A DNA stretch of 64,000 nucleotides from Setoptus koraiensis (taxonomy: Eukaryota > Animalia > Arthropoda): the NCBI GenBank assembly GCA_048013815.1, contig CM106586.1:17732001-17796000 (forward strand), written 5' to 3'. Numbering within the stretch: position 1 is the stretch's first letter; every line of letters begins with the position of its first letter. The notes beneath the pieces are model-generated. The model was not told the DNA's origin. It worked only from the letters and a program-made list of their open reading frames with translations, and ran no database searches. A program made the position numbers and the translations under genes. Positions 59,301 to 64,000 of this stretch are shown here, piece after piece.

Positions 59301-61337
59301 ACGCACGGTGCTCCCTTCGCCAGAGGAAAAGACGAAATGATTGATTTGGTTACTTATGGTACTACAGGTGAAGTAAAAAAAGGAATGATTGATGGAGACC
59401 CGTCTAATGGAATTGTTGAGGATCTCTTGAACAAAGGTGCCCAAGTCAATCGACCAATGGAAAAAAGTGGTGAAACCGCTCTACACATGGCAGCTCGCTA
59501 TAGACGCGTGGATAATGCACGTGGATTGTTAGAGGGAGGGGCAGACGTAAATGCTCAAGATGCTGATGGGAGAACTCCTCTTCATGCTGCCATTGGTGCA
59601 GATGCCAGAGGAGTCTTTGAGCTACTTATTAGAAATAGAGCCACAAATTTGAATGCTCAGGCTAAGGATGGAACGACACCGCTTATGATGGCTGCAAAAA
59701 TTTTAGAACAATCAATGCTTGAAGAATTGATCATGAATGATTGCGAGATAAACTTACATGATTGTAATGGAAAAACAGCACTGCATTGGGCTGCTGCAAC
59801 TGACTTCGCCTCTGCTGTTCGTATATTGTTAGCTAGTGGAGCTAATAAAGATTCGCAGGATCACCTTGGAGAGACACCCCTGTTCTTGGCTGCGCGTGAA
59901 GGGGCGAAAAACTCAGTCGAAATTTTACTGCAACATAACGCAAATCCGGATATTGGTGATGAAATGGAAGGATGCCCGATCGATATTGCTCAAAAAAGAA
60001 ATCATACAGATATTGTGCGCTTATTGAAAGAGCATGTCCCCAATTCTCACTCTTCTGTCAATCAACAACAGTCTAGACAGAATCTACTATGTCCACTCTC
60101 TCCAAGTAGTTACGACGAAAATAGTAATGGAAGTTCAGGACAGCAGAGCCATTCACAAAACTATCAGCAAAATCATTTTCACAGTCACAGTTCTGGAGGC
60201 CGTCAAATGCACAGCAAATCAAATTTGACACGAAGTAATTCGACAAAACCATTGCCACAGGAAAATGCTCATCCTAAATCTCAACACTGTAAATCAGTGA
60301 TGATGATAAAAACAGAAAACGAGCAAGATGAGAATCATAGCATGAATCAATCAATACTGGGCCGAAGAGCAACTCAGTCAACAAGTAGTAGTCATCAAGC
60401 TGTACATGCAAGCGGTCCAAGTAATCATTGCCGATCGAGTAGCACTACGGCTGGAAATTTCATTAGTAAATCAACAAATAATATCAGTCCAGCCAACGGA
60501 TACCATAACAAGCATCACCATCAATCTATTAACGTCTTGAACAAAAATAATTCTAATGGAAACCACCACAACATCCCTCCACCGTTGCCCCCTCCTCGCA
60601 ATCAGCCCCCTCCAATCAATACTCAATTCACTTATGACTATATATCCTATCCACCAGCATCTAGTGCACCAAATTCAGCCACATTATCGCCGTCACTTGT
60701 ATCACCTTTGGCAACTCAGTATGGAGTTTTAAACTCTAATCACGTAGTTATGCCTGCGACCCCGAACTCCTTGACAAACTCCTTGTCTCCTGTATCATCA
60801 TCCATGATGTCACCCCCCGCCAACTCATCGATAGGTTTATTGAATTCACCTACAAAGACAACGCCATCAGTTTCTATGCACCATAATCAAGCGGATCAAC
60901 AAAATCAAGCGCACCTGATCTCACCCCCCTCATATGAGGAATGTGTTAGGATTACCCAACAGCAGATGTTGGGTAACAACAATGGAAATAATCAACACCA
61001 TCAACCGCATTCGACACAAAATCGACCACCATATTGGACACATAATCAAGAACAGCATGCACACCCAAACGTCGGCAACTTGATTGATACAAGTCACAAT
61101 AACACAAATACGCTCATCAACAACAATAATAACAATGGCAATAATAACACAGCAGATCTTTACAATGTTCCGTCATTCAAACATTACATGACCCCATCAC
61201 CTGATTCTCCGTTTAGCATGGACTCATCCGTGGAGAGCCCGCCCGGTGCATATAGTGATCAACAATATCAAAATCATACTATGTCCTTTCCTCAAAACAA
61301 TGTAACTAGCCTTCAAGAGGCAGGAGTCTTTATTTAA
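56382..61337 (+). CDS. N: Notch receptor, miniaturised: signal peptide, 13 EGF repeats, no LNR, degenerate HD (NOD/NODP), TM, RAM, ankyrin repeats, PEST-like tail
   Basis: EGF8-12 are Notch-typical ('[26 protein letters not shown]', '[27 protein letters not shown]'); RAM 'ITWFPEGF'; ANK '[12 protein letters not shown]', '[12 protein letters not shown]', '[17 protein letters not shown]', '[10 protein letters not shown]'; PEST-like 'YMTPSPDSP'. Single 1651-aa ORF. Confidence 0.93.
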   Translation: [1651 protein letters not shown]

Positions 61338-62364
61338 ATTTTGTAACAAACCATATTTTGAGAGGTAATAAATCATCTCTTCTCATTAGGGAGGGATTGT
61401 AAATATCGTAATTTAAATCTATTATTCTGTTTAGGGCACAATTGATGGTTACTCGAGGGGCGAATATTCTTCTGTAGAAACGTGGAACACAGCTTATTTC
61501 TTGCAAGGCGTTATTAAGATGTGACTGGCAGAGGTCTGTGAGTTCCTTAACGATTGGTTTAATTTTCTCTGTGTCGAGTTGCTTCTTAAAGAAATCTCTG
61601 GGTTGGCAGTTGTGTTTTCTTAGAACGTCTTTGGGTATGTAGCAACAATTCTTCTTCGCATTGTATGGTATTCCTCTGATTATATTAGACAGTCCATGAG
61701 CAATACCCAAACTATGAGATATTGTCTGTAGGGTAGTAGCCAACCTGTGGCTGTCAACGTAGTTATATAGGATTTCTCTTACAAAGTGACATAGAAGTAA
61801 ATATATAGAGGAGTTGGACTTGATGCAGTAGTCTGTCAACTCATTGATATCTTCAAACTGCTGATAACCCAAAACTTTCGGACCTATTCGAGAGCCGAGT
61901 AAGTCTCTAACCCAAACTCGTGTGCTAGGATCTATTTGAATACATTCGAATACTTCAATCAGTTCTTTGGCTACTGGTGCAAATTTGTAGTAGGCGCTCT
62001 TCTTCTGTTCGTCAATGTTATATATATCTCTCTCTACCAATATTTCATCTAACAGTTTAGCCCAGAAGTGAAACCTCAGTTTAGCTCGATCAGTGTCTGT
62101 GGTGGCTTCTCTGACTAGTGAGAGTTCTACATTGAATGCTCTCAGAGCGAACGCAGCTCGTCTTACCCGAGGTTCGTCAATCACCAGAGTGTTGAGATAG
62201 TTTTCTCTATCGTACTTTTTGACATGGTTGATACAATATTGTTGTGAACTGTTCTCTCCGCTGTTTGCACTTGAGAGACCTCTGATCAATTTATGATGTG
62301 AGATTATCTGAGGAAAAAGGATATAAAAGCGTCGATTTGGCTGGCACAACATTACTGACATCAT
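61330..62364 (-). CDS. NDUFAF6: NADH dehydrogenase complex I assembly factor 6 (squalene/phytoene-synthase-like; sicily)
   Basis: 'YCINHVKKYDRENYL...RRAAFALRAFNVEL..VRE......AKLRFHFW' and 'IIRGIPY...CYIP'; basic N-terminus consistent with a mitochondrial presequence. Confidence 0.9.
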   Translation of the reverse strand: MMSVMLCQPNRRFYILFPQIISHHKLIRGLSSANSGENSSQQYCINHVKKYDRENYLNTLVIDEPRVRRAAFALRAFNVELSLVREATTDTDRAKLRFHFWAKLLDEILVERDIYNIDEQKKSAYYKFAPVAKELIEVFECIQIDPSTRVWVRDLLGSRIGPKVLGYQQFEDINELTDYCIKSNSSIYLLLCHFVREILYNYVDSHRLATTLQTISHSLGIAHGLSNIIRGIPYNAKKNCCYIPKDVLRKHNCQPRDFFKKQLDTEKIKPIVKELTDLCQSHLNNALQEISCVPRFYRRIFAPRVTINCALNRIIDLNYDIYNPSLMRRDDLLPLKIWFVTKFK

Positions 62365-62702
62365 GTAAGATTGTTTTCAGAGAAAATTTGACTCGTATCT
62401 ATTTTACATAACTGTACACTGGAATTTAACTTCATTTAGATTCGTCATCCACGTGATCGATTCGAGCTTCTCTGATGTAATGGACGAGTTCGCTATTTCA
62501 GCTGATTGTTTATATTTTTGAAAAACGCGCTCGGTCTAAAAGCCAGAACTATCTCATCCGCACTGATAGTTCCAATAAACGATTCTTGGATATAAATAGT
62601 ACAATACCTATTAGATTATTGCGAACAAATAAAGCATTTGTATTATAAGAATAGTTTATTATTGTAAAAATCAATTTATTATTCATATCGATATTACATA
62701 AA

Positions 62703-63785
62703 ATGTCGAATCCACGATCCGAGGCGGCAGCGCCTCGGTACATCAGGTATCTGCCAATCCAGCAAGGAGAGGAGGTCAGCAGCAATTCCAAACAGAGAAT
62801 CATACGGATGGTTGAAGCTCAGAAAGATCCTATGGAACCACCCAAGTTTAAGATAAATCAAAAAATTCCTCGTGGCCCGCCATCACCCCCCGCTCCTGTG
62901 ATGCATTCGCCACCAAGAAAAGTTACCAGCGAAGAGCAGGCCGCCTGGAAAATACCGCCCTTAGTATCTAGTTGGAAAAATCCCAAGGGTTATACTATAC
63001 CTCTTGATAAGAGATGCGCAGTTGATGGACGTAGTATTATTGGTAGCTCACAAGTGAATGAGAGGTTCGCTCAGCTATCCGAGGCCCTTTACATGGCCAG
63101 TAGCGTGGCCAGAGAACAAGTAGAGATGAGAGCTCAGGCGGAAAGAAAGATTGCACAAAAGGAGAAAGAGAAGAAGGAAGAAGATCTTAGATTGTTGGCC
63201 CAAAAAGCTCGCGAACAGCGAGCAAACGGCCAGCGGTCCGCCCTGGAAGGTCTAGAAGACTCAGATGACGACGACGCCATTCAGAGTAGCGTTGAAGAAA
63301 GGAACAGAATAAGAGAAGAAAGAAGTCGCAATAGAGTGAGAGATGTTAATCTTCAAATGCTTGCCCCCGATAGAAGGTCCAAGTTGGAAAGACAAAGAGA
63401 ACGTGATATAAGTGAACAAATTGCCCTTGGTGTTGCACGTCCCCAAACAAGCGACTCTGATTTTGTCGATCAACGATTGTATGACCAGGCCAGAGGCCTG
63501 AGTTCTGGATTCGGACAAGAGGACGACTACACTGTCTACGATCGACCCTGGAAATCTAAAAACTCTATGGCCAGTACTTACAGGCCGTCTAAAGAAATCC
63601 TTGATGAGATAGATGAGAGCAGACTGGATAAACAAGGTGAAAAGAGGCCTGCTGACTCTGGACCGGTACAATTTACCAAAGAAGAAGACCCGTTCGGTTT
63701 GACAGATTTTCTTAAACAAGCCAGAAATAGTAAGAAAAGTGATTCAGAACAAAAAGAAGATAGATCCAAAAGAAGAAGATCATGA
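62703..63785 (+). CDS. SNW1: SNW domain-containing protein 1 / SKIP / Bx42, N-terminally shortened, 360 aa
   Basis: 'YIRY...KQRIIRMVEAQKDPMEPPKFKINQKIPRGPPSPPAPVMHSPPRK...WKIPP..S.WKNPKGYTIPLDKR', 'DQRLYDQ', 'GPVQF..EEDPFGL'. Confidence 0.95.
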   Translation: MSNPRSEAAAPRYIRYLPIQQGEEVSSNSKQRIIRMVEAQKDPMEPPKFKINQKIPRGPPSPPAPVMHSPPRKVTSEEQAAWKIPPLVSSWKNPKGYTIPLDKRCAVDGRSIIGSSQVNERFAQLSEALYMASSVAREQVEMRAQAERKIAQKEKEKKEEDLRLLAQKAREQRANGQRSALEGLEDSDDDDAIQSSVEERNRIREERSRNRVRDVNLQMLAPDRRSKLERQRERDISEQIALGVARPQTSDSDFVDQRLYDQARGLSSGFGQEDDYTVYDRPWKSKNSMASTYRPSKEILDEIDESRLDKQGEKRPADSGPVQFTKEEDPFGLTDFLKQARNSKKSDSEQKEDRSKRRRS

Positions 63786-64000
63786 TATCCTATCTTGTGT
63801 GAGTCACGTTTATGTCATGTATGAAACTTTCCCAGCGATGATGCGAAAAGCATTATGCTTCGCCATGGAATCATGTTGAATTGTTTTGAAGTTTGCTATG
63901 AATGATAACTAATTGATCACAAAAGCAGATTTCTACATTATGCAACATGATTAAATGCTCCTAGTTACGTTCTATAACAACAGACCCATCTAAACAAGCC

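Overview
Eukaryotic, intron-poor, gene-dense animal DNA. The near-intronless genes, truncated proteins and microsatellite-rich spacers suggest a streamlined chelicerate such as an eriophyoid mite (inference only). Fourteen recognisable host genes: still life/TIAM, PYM, a KLF zinc-finger factor, RME-8/DNAJC13, RNase H1, RNMT, MARS1, MAGE/NSE3, EHBP1, WNK, RFC3, Notch, NDUFAF6 and SNW1. Also present are one Ty3/Gypsy LTR retrotransposon (33452-40019, minus strand), one hAT-type MITE, an AT-eroded block running into a 500-N gap, and a 345-bp duplication of the RNMT 3' end that makes the 33.4-47 kb assembly suspect. Best leads: (1) the retrotransposon has a retrovirus-like pol with a degenerate native RNase H followed by an intact eukaryote-type RNase H1, plus a U5 box complementary to the D-arm of its tRNAi-Met primer; (2) the Notch receptor has only EGF1-13 and no LNR repeats; (3) a pre-miRNA-like hairpin lies in a 10-kb gene-free interval. 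No CRISPR, rRNA or tRNA gene was recognised.
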